DNA from: an uncultured Methanosarcinales archaeon
GTDB taxonomy: Archaea; Nanobdellota; Nanobdellia; Woesearchaeales; DATGWN01
Assembly: GCA_964565095.1 (NCBI GenBank)
Contig: CAZMDB010000001.1
Span: forward strand, 1 to 46,619
Reading direction: 5' to 3'
DNA length: 46,619 nucleotides
The position numbers were made by a program, and so were the translations under genes. This document shows positions 18,467-27,368 of this stretch, in pieces (positions within the stretch are counted from its first letter, which is position 1; every line of letters starts with the position of its first letter). The notes beneath the pieces were generated by a model. The model did not search any database, was not told where the DNA came from, and worked only from the letters and a program-made list of their open reading frames with translations.

Positions 18467-18688
18467 ATGGGAAGGAATAACAGGATCATACCTATGCATC
18501 CTTTGGCACGCCTTCTGAAAGAATATGGTGCTAAGCGGGTGAGTCCCGGAGCTGCGGAAGAGTTGAGCAATTATCTTGAAATGTATGGTCGTCGTGTGTC
18601 TGCGCAGGCGGTCTCGATTGCAGAACATTCAGGTCGCGCAACGGTTCTGGACAAGGATGTGCAGATGGTATTGCGGATGAAGAAATGA
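18467..18688 (+). CDS. Archaeal histone (HMf-type histone fold)
   Basis: 73 aa from ATG 18467. The sequence IPMHPLARLLKEYGAKRVSPGAAEELSNYLEMYGRRVSAQAVSIAEHSGRATVLDKDVQMVL fits the archaeal histone fold, including the RxTV/K motif. Confidence 0.85.
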   Translation: MGRNNRIIPMHPLARLLKEYGAKRVSPGAAEELSNYLEMYGRRVSAQAVSIAEHSGRATVLDKDVQMVLRMKK

Positions 18689-18699
18689 TCCTGCGATCC

Positions 18700-19671
18700 T
18701 TATTGTCTCAGGAGATACAATTTTTTTGTCAGGCTTTTATGTATGTATATTGTGAAGTCTTTTTCCGCGATCCAGCCCTGCTTGGGGAGAATATGATCAA
18801 GGTCGACAAAACTCGGAGCGATAAGACAGAGCGTATCTGTCAGTGACTTGGCGTGCGCAAGAAAGTTACTGACAAAAGAACAAAAATCGCCCGGACTCCT
18901 GGTGGATATTCCATAGGGGATATCAGTGATTATCAAATCGGCTTTTTGAGTGGTGTGCATGGCATCAGCACAGAATATCTGCTTTCTGAGTGACTCTCTG
19001 CCGAGTGGAATGATTCCTTGCGTATGATAGTGCAGTAGATTCAGGACGGCTTTGCGCACACTGATAGGATCGATGTCGGAACCATGGATATCAAGTCCCA
19101 TGCAGGCAGCTTCAAGGATGATGCCGCCGACACCGCACATGGGATCATAGACAGACTGGATGCTGGGTCCAGCACAGTTGATAGCAGCGCGTGCCAACTT
19201 GGGGTGGATCGAAGCAGGATGTTTCTGCGGTCTGAGGTGTGGCCGTCGATGCAGGAAATTTTTGGTGTTCTTCCATACCTGCCGGCACAGCACGAGGGTA
19301 TTATCCCACATGATCAGATGATACTCTTCTTTAGGCATTTCGTGGGCGACAGAGATATCGCGCATTTCTGCGCGCAAGATACTCCCCAACCCTTTCTGTG
19401 CATGGTTTGTGAGGCTGAAGCGTGCTGGTCTCCTTTCAGGCAGCCGCCTAAGAAGTTTGTCTACAGATTCTGCGCTGGCTGTTGGAGCAAGCAGCAGGCG
19501 TGTGTAGGCGAGTCGTGAGAGTAATGCTTGATCGACATGGTCACATCTGATGATCCTTTTCTGTTGCTCATGCATGGATGGACGGATTAGGCTGAGGAAT
19601 TCTTCAGCAGGCAGATGAGAATGATCTCCATCGAGGAGTGCGTAATAGGAATCGGCATGGGATTGCGTCAT
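18700..19671 (-). CDS. Putative tRNA (guanine-N2)-methyltransferase, Trm11/Trm-G10 (UPF0020) family
   Basis: SAM motif I is VYDPMCGVGGIILEAACMG, followed by HGSDID. The catalytic-type motif is ITDIPYG (a DPPY variant). Confidence 0.8.
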   Translation of the reverse strand: MTQSHADSYYALLDGDHSHLPAEEFLSLIRPSMHEQQKRIIRCDHVDQALLSRLAYTRLLLAPTASAESVDKLLRRLPERRPARFSLTNHAQKGLGSILRAEMRDISVAHEMPKEEYHLIMWDNTLVLCRQVWKNTKNFLHRRPHLRPQKHPASIHPKLARAAINCAGPSIQSVYDPMCGVGGIILEAACMGLDIHGSDIDPISVRKAVLNLLHYHTQGIIPLGRESLRKQIFCADAMHTTQKADLIITDIPYGISTRSPGDFCSFVSNFLAHAKSLTDTLCLIAPSFVDLDHILPKQGWIAEKDFTIYIHKSLTKKLYLLRQ

Positions 19672-19693
19672 ATGGCTGGAGGGAGGGGTAATA

Positions 19694-19701
19694 TTTATAA
19701 A
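19694..19701. promoter_or_regulatory. Palindromic TATA box (TTTATAAA) shared by two divergent leaderless genes
   Basis: The palindrome centre (19697.5) is 26.5 nt from the first base of the minus-strand ATG (19671). It is also 26.5 nt from the plus-strand ATG (19724). Confidence 0.5.
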
Positions 19702-19723
19702 TTTACATATGACTTTTTCCTGT

Positions 19724-20059
19724 ATGAAGCGGGGCAGACCGGTAGGCTCTCCAATCCGGCAGAGGATTGTGGAGATTCTTTATTTTCTAGGTGAGGGATA
19801 CGGATATCAGATTCACAAGATCTACCAGGAAGCCTACGGCAAGTGTACCAGGGAAGTGATCTATTATCATCTCAAAAAGGGGGTCGCTACAGGCGAGTTT
19901 GTGGAATCACGTATCAAGAAAGAAGAAGGGGAATATTCCTGGGGATCCGTGGTGGAAAAGATTTATTATCGGATCGGGAATGCAGCGGTACCTCAAATGG
20001 ATGAAGATGCGCATGCAGCGGTGCGGATGCTGGCTCAGTCTGACGATGCGGGCGGATGA
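19724..20059 (+). CDS. Small winged-helix DNA-binding protein (PadR-like)
   Basis: MKRGRPVGSPIRQRIVEILYFLGEGYGYQIHKIYQEAYGKCTREVIYYHLKKGVATGEF resembles a PadR-type wHTH. ATG 19724 is favoured over 19709 by its spacing from the TATA box. Confidence 0.6.
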   Translation: MKRGRPVGSPIRQRIVEILYFLGEGYGYQIHKIYQEAYGKCTREVIYYHLKKGVATGEFVESRIKKEEGEYSWGSVVEKIYYRIGNAAVPQMDEDAHAAVRMLAQSDDAGG

Positions 20060-23000
20060 ATGCCGATGATACGGGGGAAGAATCTGTTATTGCTGGCCTT
20101 GTTGTCACTGATTTTTGTCATGTGTGCTTCTGCGGTATTTTCTGATCCGGAAAAAGATGTTGATCAGCCTCGCCGGATAGTAGTTGTGCGGGAAGAGCCT
20201 GCCGCTCCGCCGTTGAGGATGGCTGCAGGTATACAATCCGTCCACACCGCTGCAGCACAGAAGACGCCTAAACGGCTCAGATTTGAAGTGATCGAGGTTG
20301 ATGATCCTGCGCAGGTAGAGCAAGTGCTTGAAGAGCTGAGTCAGGACCCTTCCATCATAAGTGCTGAGAAGGATATAGTACGCTATCTTCAGGCGGAACC
20401 CGATGATCCTTTTCTCACAAATCAGTATGGACTGGATATTTCGTGGGTGCGCGACGCATGGGATGTGGTGCAGGGGAATTCTGATGTCACTATAGCCATT
20501 ATCGATACAGGGATGGATATGGATCATCCGGATCTTGTAGGCAATCTATGGAATAACACTGATGAGATAGCTGACAATGGTATAGATGATGACGGTAATG
20601 GGTATGTAGATGACGTGCACGGTTGGGATTTCTATGCCGGAGATAATTATTCTGATGATCTGGACGGCCATGGTACGCACGTTGCCGGTATTGCGGCAGC
20701 TACCTGGAATAATTCGGCAGGTATCGCAGGTGTCTGCCCAGGCTGTTCCCTGATGCCCTTGCGGGCAGGTGACCAGGGATTCATCAATCTCTCCATGGCG
20801 ATTCTCGCGATCGACTACGCTGTCCAGAATGGAGCTGATGTCATCAGTATGAGTTATGGTGCTGCTGAAGAATATGAGCCTGAACGGCTTGCGTTGCAAC
20901 AGGCGTATGATAATAATGTCGCACTTGTGGCTGCAGCAGGAAACGACGGAACGGATGATCTGCTGTATCCAGCATCTTATAATATGGTCATCTCTGTGGC
21001 CTCAGTCGACAATGAAAGTACACGGTCATGGTTTTCCAGTTATGGAGATGCGGTAGCTGTTGCGGCAGCAGGATCACAGATATACAGCACCTATCCTTCT
21101 GCAACCTACGCATATTCTTCAGGGACCTCCATGGCTGCACCTTTTGTCGCCGGCGCTTTGGGATTGTATCTCTCCTTGTTTGAAGAGAATTATGTCAATG
21201 TCTCGCAGATAGCTTCCTGGATGACATCTACTGGAGCAGATATAGGGGATCAGCAGATTGGTCCCTTGATAAATGTGAGTAGTCTTGTAAGGATGGATTC
21301 TTGTGAGGGTGTGCGCATGAATGATTATCTTCTTGTTGATGGACAGACCAGATGCATTTCTGCATGTGCTGCGCTCAATAGGAGTAACAGTCAGTATCTC
21401 CTTTCACAGAATCTATCGGTATCCACATCATGCTTTACTGTCACAGGCCAGAATATTAGTATTGATTGTGACGGCCATGCATTGGTCATGAATGGCTCTG
21501 ATGCGGATCTCTTCTTCCTTGACCAAGCACAGAACGTGACTGTTCGCGATTGTCGGCTGTCTCTTCTGCAGAATGGCACCCTGATCAGAGCGCGGGATTC
21601 TGCGAATGTCACGGTTACTAATACTACGTTCTCTCTTCTTGGAGGGACAGCATATATAGGGGATAATCTGACTGCTGCCAGGATAGATGCATCCCGTTTT
21701 CTGGCACAGGAAGGGGATGGAGTCATGATGAATCTCTCCGCAAGTGAAGCAGTGACGGTGTCCGGCCCATTGTTCAATGGGACTTCATCCTATGTTGGCA
21801 GGTATGTGCGCGTTTTCTCATCTGATACTGTGAATCTTTCAGGAGCAACGTTTATCGGAAATGCTTCGGGTAGAAATGTCACTTTTTTCGAGATATCCGG
21901 TGATTGCCAGAATGTGCAATTGATGGACAGCACGATGACTTCGTTGGGAGGCAATATCACGGGGGTGGAAGCTTCACGCACTGAGACGAGTGTTGGAGTG
22001 CTGGTGCTGGAAAATCTGAGCATGTCCGCACTGGTTCCCGATATAGATATCCATGGACATCAAATGACTGTGCGAGACACGGATCTTGCTGAGACTGCTA
22101 TCAATGGGACGCGGATTCATCTGAATGCTACCGGGATTGGCGATGCAGGATCTCTACAGAACATCACTTACAGTGGGACCTGGGATATGGCATTCCAGAT
22201 TGGTCACAATATGTTTTCTACATCACTTCCGGATCTTTTCAACATCACTTTGTATGGCGTGGATGGTCATCAGATGGACTCGCCTTCGCTTTTCAGGGAT
22301 GGGAGTGAGTGTTCCGGCTGCGTCATCTATGGGGGTCTGAACAGGACGGATGTGCAGTTCCTTACTTTAGGAAATGGCAATTATTCTGTCCAGAGCTTGC
22401 GCTTCAATTATTCAGGTATCAATGCCACTACCTACCAGACAGATAGTTTTGTTGTGTCGGTTGAATCTAATGTCAATGCTACGGCAACCTATACGCTTGA
22501 TGATGATGAGCCTGTGCCGCTGAATGCTTCTGCAGATAACCGCTCGTTCAATGCGACTCTGGTCGGGGTCAGTGAAGGCTGGCATACTCTGTATCTGAAT
22601 GTATCCGGGGAGCATGTGCAAAAATCAGTCGCCATCAGATTTGCAGTAGATACGCAAGTACCTCGTGTGGATGCCATTTCACCTGACCAAACCTCGTATG
22701 CATTGCAGAAACTCAATATTTCGCTTGATCTGAATATGTCGGAACCACTGTCCTCATTAAACCTCACGCAGATCCATCTAGCTACCAATGCGACAGTCAA
22801 TGAGGTGATCCCGCTGTTGCCCGGAAATACGTCTGCGCAGGTGCGTATCCCTCTCATAGCGTATGGCTTGACTAATCTTAGCTTCAGATTTGTAGATACT
22901 TTGGGCAGCGCAGGAGAGTATTCGATGGCTATCGAGGCCAAGGCTACATATACAGGATCGAGTGTGAATGATGCTGATGGTGACGGCGTCAATAACAGTG

Positions 23001-24166
23001 AGGATCGACTTATCGGGGATATACAGAATGTGTTTTCTGATTACACCAGTCTCAACATAAGTGTAGACGGGAATGACACACTTGATGTAGCTCATCAAGG
23101 CAGCCAGGATGTTTCAATCGCGGATGGTGGACATGTGAAGGTCCGTTTCCTGCATAATTTTTCAGCGCAGAACCTGACATTGTCGGGTGTAGTCCTGCGG
23201 AATCGTTCTGTTGAGAACAATTCAGCGATGATCGTGTATGGTATAGACGCGTCCAACAAGACCATCTATCTTGAACTGTTAGGTGATCGTCAAAGATATG
23301 GAGGAGTCTGTATCCACGATGCAGAAATATTCAGTCTTCAGAGTATTTCTGCCAACTGCAGCGGATCTGCTGAAACATATATTTCCTCATTCCCTTTCAG
23401 TTCAGAACGCTATGTAGCAAACTACACCAACTCGAGCAATACCACAGTATTCATACAGGGCGTTACGCATAGTGGCGTGGCGCAGCAGTGCGCGGAGCAG
23501 TGGGTATGTGTGCAGACAGAATCGTGCGGATCCAGTTCTGTATGCACTCAGTATAATGACAGTAATGCATGTGGAACATATCATGAGCAACCCGCAGCAG
23601 GCAGCTGTCCTGTTATCCGGGATACCAGCAGTAGCGGTGGCTCTTCCAGTTCGTCTTCAGGAGGCTCTTCCGGTATCGCATACGTACCTCTTGCGATCAC
23701 ATCTTCGGTACCGAAACAGATTGCCTTTCGCAGGTACTACAACGTAAGTTACCGGGCACAACACGCATTACTATCCTTCTACAAGGATAACGACGCGGTT
23801 GTTGTGCGGTTGATTGAACAGAATGATACCAGGCTGACATTTACTGGTCCAGCACTGGATGTCCCCTCCCTTTCGTGGACCTTGATCATCAATAAAGTTT
23901 CCAGCCATGACGCCTTCCTGAGCGTTCGTCCGTATATCTCTGCAACCCCACAGGTAGAATCGGAAGCACCATCTATGCAGCCCACGCAGCAGATCATGCA
24001 ACGAGAGATCAATTCGACTGTAGATGATCAATCGGAGCAGGTTGAGGGGAACCGCGTTATGTGGTTGTATGTGAGTGCTGCTGTAGTACTTAGCGTAGTC
24101 ATCATTCTATTGCTGGTGTCGGGCTGGTATCTGTATACGCGCCATTTTTCAGATGAGCATTTCTAG
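20060..24166 (+). CDS. Subtilisin-like serine protease (S8) fused to a very large glycosylation-sequon-rich surface region with a C-terminal TM anchor
   Basis: N-terminal signal/TM segment. The catalytic triad contexts are IIDTGMDMDHPDL (D), HGTHVAGIAAA (H) and SGTSMAAPFVAG (S), with AAAGNDG for the oxyanion Asn. This is followed by ~950 aa with more than 50 N-x-S/T sequons by manual count. Next come a Ser/Gly linker (SSSGGSSSSSSGGSSG) and a C-terminal TM (VMWLYVSAAVVLSVVIILLLVSGWYLY). Confidence 0.9.
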   Translation: MPMIRGKNLLLLALLSLIFVMCASAVFSDPEKDVDQPRRIVVVREEPAAPPLRMAAGIQSVHTAAAQKTPKRLRFEVIEVDDPAQVEQVLEELSQDPSIISAEKDIVRYLQAEPDDPFLTNQYGLDISWVRDAWDVVQGNSDVTIAIIDTGMDMDHPDLVGNLWNNTDEIADNGIDDDGNGYVDDVHGWDFYAGDNYSDDLDGHGTHVAGIAAATWNNSAGIAGVCPGCSLMPLRAGDQGFINLSMAILAIDYAVQNGADVISMSYGAAEEYEPERLALQQAYDNNVALVAAAGNDGTDDLLYPASYNMVISVASVDNESTRSWFSSYGDAVAVAAAGSQIYSTYPSATYAYSSGTSMAAPFVAGALGLYLSLFEENYVNVSQIASWMTSTGADIGDQQIGPLINVSSLVRMDSCEGVRMNDYLLVDGQTRCISACAALNRSNSQYLLSQNLSVSTSCFTVTGQNISIDCDGHALVMNGSDADLFFLDQAQNVTVRDCRLSLLQNGTLIRARDSANVTVTNTTFSLLGGTAYIGDNLTAARIDASRFLAQEGDGVMMNLSASEAVTVSGPLFNGTSSYVGRYVRVFSSDTVNLSGATFIGNASGRNVTFFEISGDCQNVQLMDSTMTSLGGNITGVEASRTETSVGVLVLENLSMSALVPDIDIHGHQMTVRDTDLAETAINGTRIHLNATGIGDAGSLQNITYSGTWDMAFQIGHNMFSTSLPDLFNITLYGVDGHQMDSPSLFRDGSECSGCVIYGGLNRTDVQFLTLGNGNYSVQSLRFNYSGINATTYQTDSFVVSVESNVNATATYTLDDDEPVPLNASADNRSFNATLVGVSEGWHTLYLNVSGEHVQKSVAIRFAVDTQVPRVDAISPDQTSYALQKLNISLDLNMSEPLSSLNLTQIHLATNATVNEVIPLLPGNTSAQVRIPLIAYGLTNLSFRFVDTLGSAGEYSMAIEAKATYTGSSVNDADGDGVNNSEDRLIGDIQNVFSDYTSLNISVDGNDTLDVAHQGSQDVSIADGGHVKVRFLHNFSAQNLTLSGVVLRNRSVENNSAMIVYGIDASNKTIYLELLGDRQRYGGVCIHDAEIFSLQSISANCSGSAETYISSFPFSSERYVANYTNSSNTTVFIQGVTHSGVAQQCAEQWVCVQTESCGSSSVCTQYNDSNACGTYHEQPAAGSCPVIRDTSSSGGSSSSSSGGSSGIAYVPLAITSSVPKQIAFRRYYNVSYRAQHALLSFYKDNDAVVVRLIEQNDTRLTFTGPALDVPSLSWTLIINKVSSHDAFLSVRPYISATPQVESEAPSMQPTQQIMQREINSTVDDQSEQVEGNRVMWLYVSAAVVLSVVIILLLVSGWYLYTRHFSDEHF

Positions 24167-24256
24167 TATTCGTACTTATGGATGGCTGATATGACAGGAG
24201 TACAGAGTCTATTGTGCTTACATAGCGCCTTTCAAAAAAATGTTGAGAAAGAAAAA

Positions 24257-24330
24257 TGACCCTGCGGGGATTTGAACCCCGGTTTCAGGATCCGCAATCC
24301 TACGTCCTATCCAGGCTAGACTACAGGGTC
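24257..24330 (-). tRNA. tRNA-Arg (anticodon GCG)
   Basis: The reverse complement folds as a cloverleaf: acceptor GACCCTG/CAGGGTC, D stem GTCT/GGAC, anticodon stem TAGGA/TCCTG with loop TTGCGGA, T arm CGGGG-TTCAAAT-CCCCG, discriminator A, then TTTTT. No CCA is encoded. A TATA-like TTTAAAAA lies at 24356-24363. Confidence 0.9.
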
Positions 24331-24467
24331 TTATAGGACCGAGATTGCTGAGGCATTTAAAAACCTTACTATTGGAGGGCTATCTGCATTTTATGAAAAC
24401 ACATGAGGCAAGGGTTTGCTGCACAGTGGTATCTCATGGAGGAAGGTTGAGTGTATGAGGTGTGCGC

Positions 24468-25340
24468 TTACTCCGACTGGTTCTGGTTCTTTGCGCTTAT
24501 GTGGTAACTGATCTTCTTTTTGAGCATGCTGCCTGCGAATCGGCCATAGCGTAGTGGATTGCGCCCCCAATCCCGTACGGTACAGATTTTTGTATGGGGC
24601 TTGAGCAGAAGATGGTTCTCTTTTCCTATGACAGTACTGCGGTTGTACCTGATGGCGTCGAGAAAATCTGCAGGGCTATCTGCGTCCGCTACAGTCAGTG
24701 TCTTACCTATCTCGCGCATCGTATGTCCATCGCTGCCGCCTGTGATGCCCAGGGAAGCGATCTGTGCAAAATGCGCTGCTTTGGTATTCTGGCGCGGGAA
24801 GATAGCTCCATTGATTACTTCTACGGCGTCAAGACCTTCCAGGATTGCCTGGTCCGCAAGTTCTCCATGCATCGGCTTCGCAATCCCCATAGCACCAGGT
24901 CCGAATGGATGTGCAGCAGAGATGAGGGCATCATAGCGAGCAGCTGCACGGATAATCTGCATAGTAGGCACGTCAAGTATATGGAAGCTTTTGCTAGATC
25001 GATGTGGTTCGATGTGATTACGATAGAAGTGTTGCAGATCCTGATACGTCTTAAAGTACACAAGGGTATGGATACCTTCAGATCCTCCGACCTCGATCCC
25101 AGGGATAGAGAAGACATCCTCATACTGGGACATCTCCAGCGCTCCGCGTATGTCATTGTGATCGGTTATCGCTACACCAAAGCCCATCTTGCGCGCCTTC
25201 TGTGCAATTTTCTTGGTGCTCATCAACGCGTCCGTGTGGTTAGTATGGGTGTGCATATCTACTGCGGTGTTTCCGTGCGGCATATGATTTTGGCCATCGA
25301 GCTTCTGCCGCAGTATACGGGTTCCAAGAAGCATACGCAT
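24468..25340 (-). CDS. PHP-domain metal-dependent phosphoesterase
   Basis: VDMHTHTNHTD, then AITDHNDIRG, then GGSDGHT: the His/Asp clusters typical of the PHP family. A TATA-like box at 25364-25371 lies 26-27 nt upstream of ATG 25340. Confidence 0.8.
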   Translation of the reverse strand: MRMLLGTRILRQKLDGQNHMPHGNTAVDMHTHTNHTDALMSTKKIAQKARKMGFGVAITDHNDIRGALEMSQYEDVFSIPGIEVGGSEGIHTLVYFKTYQDLQHFYRNHIEPHRSSKSFHILDVPTMQIIRAAARYDALISAAHPFGPGAMGIAKPMHGELADQAILEGLDAVEVINGAIFPRQNTKAAHFAQIASLGITGGSDGHTMREIGKTLTVADADSPADFLDAIRYNRSTVIGKENHLLLKPHTKICTVRDWGRNPLRYGRFAGSMLKKKISYHISAKNQNQSE

Positions 25341-25418
25341 CGTATCAGAGGCATGTTCCGGTCTTTTTATAGTTTTGGTAGTATTTTTATAAATAAAGAC
25401 ATCCCTCCATCACTGTTT

Positions 25419-26036
25419 ATGGTGTATAAGAAATTGCATGCCTTCGGGAAAGAGGACAAGAAGCTTGCCGGGTGGTTTGCAAACCTTCGGGACAAGGTGT
25501 TCTCTCCGTTATTCCCGCTCCTCAAGATGGCAGCGGTGCGGCCAGGACATATTTCGCTTCTTGGGTTTCTCTCGATGGTTGTGGCGGCGTTGGTGGCAGT
25601 GCGTTCTCCTTATGCGAGTGTAGGATTCCTTCTCCTTCATCTTATCCTGGATGGCATAGACGGCCCGTATGCACGTTATCTGGGTGTGAATGATGCTGCA
25701 GGCGCCTTGACGGATGTTGTGGTGGATCATGCAGCTCTTTTCATTTTTGTGGGCATGCTTCTGTGGATCGGGATAGCTCCCGCATTACTCTTGTATGCGT
25801 ATAGCATCCTCTACGCGGTCATGGTCGTGCTGGTTGTTGCAGGGAATTTGATAGGGGTGCAGACATTCTTCCAGGTGCGGACCAAAATATTATTGTATGC
25901 TCTCTATATCATCTGGATATTGCTGGGCTGGGAACTGTTCTCATTGTTCTTCCTTATCTCGGTCATTCTCATGGCGATAGACATTCCTTGTCGTTTCCTC
26001 CTGGTCAAGAAGCATCTTCGGGGGGAACGCATGTGA
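25419..26036 (+). CDS. CDP-alcohol phosphatidyltransferase family protein (archaeal polar-lipid head-group transferase)
   Basis: The signature D-G-x2-A-R-x8-G-x3-D-x3-D is read as DGPYARYLGVNDAAGALTDVVVD. The protein is polytopic. Only the 3' third of track ORF 24594-26036 is coding, because the 5' part is antisense to the PHP gene. Confidence 0.85.
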   Translation: MVYKKLHAFGKEDKKLAGWFANLRDKVFSPLFPLLKMAAVRPGHISLLGFLSMVVAALVAVRSPYASVGFLLLHLILDGIDGPYARYLGVNDAAGALTDVVVDHAALFIFVGMLLWIGIAPALLLYAYSILYAVMVVLVVAGNLIGVQTFFQVRTKILLYALYIIWILLGWELFSLFFLISVILMAIDIPCRFLLVKKHLRGERM

Positions 26037-26554
26037 TCTGGACGCACGTGCTCTTTATCGGGCTTGCGGGAGGATTTGCCAATATGATGCCTGTCCTTGT
26101 ACAGCATGTCAATCTGCTGGCATATCCAGTCGATGGCGGGAAAAAGTGGAGAGGCAAGCGTATCCTGGGAGAGAACAAGACGTGGAGAGGTCTTCTGAGC
26201 GGGATACTGGGGGGCGTGATCGGGATGCTGGTGATTAGTTTTTTCCTCTCGCTCATCGGATCAGCTCAGCTATCGCTGCCTGCTGTCATCATCGGGGGCG
26301 CGCTGATCGGAATAGGGACGATGCTGGGAGATATGCTATTCTCCTTGGTAAAAAGGCAAGTCGGCATCGCTCCGGGGAAACCATTCATACCTTTTGATCA
26401 GTTAGACTGGATCCTGGGAGCATGGACCTGTCTTGGTGTAGTCATCGGATGGTCTTGGCAGGCATTGCTGGTATTGGTAATGATATTCGGACCGTTACAT
26501 ATTGCCGTCAACTACGCGGGATATATTTTCGGATTACGCAAAACGAAGATATGA
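26033..26554 (+). CDS. carS: CDP-archaeol synthase (CDP-2,3-bis-O-geranylgeranyl-sn-glycerol synthase)
   Basis: GKRILGENKTWRGLLSG, GDMLFSLVKRQVG..PGKPFIPFDQLD and HIAVNYAGY match the CarS (DUF46) blocks as I recall them from Archaeoglobus CarS. The GTG start at 26033 overlaps the upstream stop (GTGA). Confidence 0.88.
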   Translation: MIWTHVLFIGLAGGFANMMPVLVQHVNLLAYPVDGGKKWRGKRILGENKTWRGLLSGILGGVIGMLVISFFLSLIGSAQLSLPAVIIGGALIGIGTMLGDMLFSLVKRQVGIAPGKPFIPFDQLDWILGAWTCLGVVIGWSWQALLVLVMIFGPLHIAVNYAGYIFGLRKTKI

Positions 26555-26630
26555 GGGGTGTGTAGATGTATGTTGATTTGCATACTTTTTTAAATCCATA
26601 TCGGGACTGATAGCAAAAAGTGGTGATTGT

Positions 26631-27368
26631 ATGAAAGGCATTATCTTGGCGGGCGGATATGCGACCCGTCTTCTTCCCTTGACAGAGAATACGCCGAAGC
26701 ATCTGCTTCCGATCGGTGGGAAACCGATGCTGGATTATCTGATGGCACGTCTTGCGAAGCTGGATATCGATACGTTCTATCTGGTTACCAACGATAAGTT
26801 TGCCAGACATTTTGAGGAATGGGCAGAACAGAGCCGATGGAGCGACCGGCTGGTGATTGTAAATGATGGGACCAGAAGCAATGAGGATCGTCTTGGTGCG
26901 ATAGGAGATATGCTCTTTCCGATTGATAAGTTTGGGATTGATGACGATCTATTCATCATTGGTGCAGACGTGATCTGCGATTTCGATTTCAATAGGATGT
27001 ACTTGCGTTACAAGGAGACTGAGGCACCCGTCCTGGGAGTATTCGATGTGGGAGATCCTGAACAGATACGGCAACTTGGGGAGGTTGTTCTTGATGATGA
27101 GGGAAAAGTGGCTTCCTTTCGTGAGAAGCCGGATGTTCCGCAGACTACGCTGGCATCGACCCTATTTTACATGCTTCCCAGATCAGCGGTTCCTGTCATG
27201 CGACAATGCATGGCAGAGGGGCGTGGTGATAATGCAGGATGGCTGATCCAGGCCTTAGCGGAGCAACGCGAAGTGTACGGAGTCGTATATGACGGATATT
27301 GGATAGATATAGGTACCATGCACACATATGAACTGGCCCAGCGGAAATTCTCAGATGACGCACAATGA
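26631..27368 (+). CDS. Sugar-1-phosphate nucleotidyltransferase (glucose-1-phosphate uridylyl/adenylyl/thymidylyl-transferase family)
   Basis: The N-terminal MKGIILAGGYATRLLPLTENTPKHLLPIGGKPMLDY is the classic G-x-G-T-R-L nucleotidyltransferase motif. The nucleotide specificity cannot be read from the sequence. Confidence 0.85.
   Translation: MKGIILAGGYATRLLPLTENTPKHLLPIGGKPMLDYLMARLAKLDIDTFYLVTNDKFARHFEEWAEQSRWSDRLVIVNDGTRSNEDRLGAIGDMLFPIDKFGIDDDLFIIGADVICDFDFNRMYLRYKETEAPVLGVFDVGDPEQIRQLGEVVLDDEGKVASFREKPDVPQTTLASTLFYMLPRSAVPVMRQCMAEGRGDNAGWLIQALAEQREVYGVVYDGYWIDIGTMHTYELAQRKFSDDAQ

Noticed and set aside
24594-25418. The 5' two-thirds of the 480-aa plus-strand track ORF 24594-26036.
   Set aside because: This part is antisense to the well-supported PHP phosphoesterase gene (24468-25340) and has no motif. 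Only the segment from ATG 25419 carries the CDP-alcohol phosphatidyltransferase signature, and it has its own TATA box.
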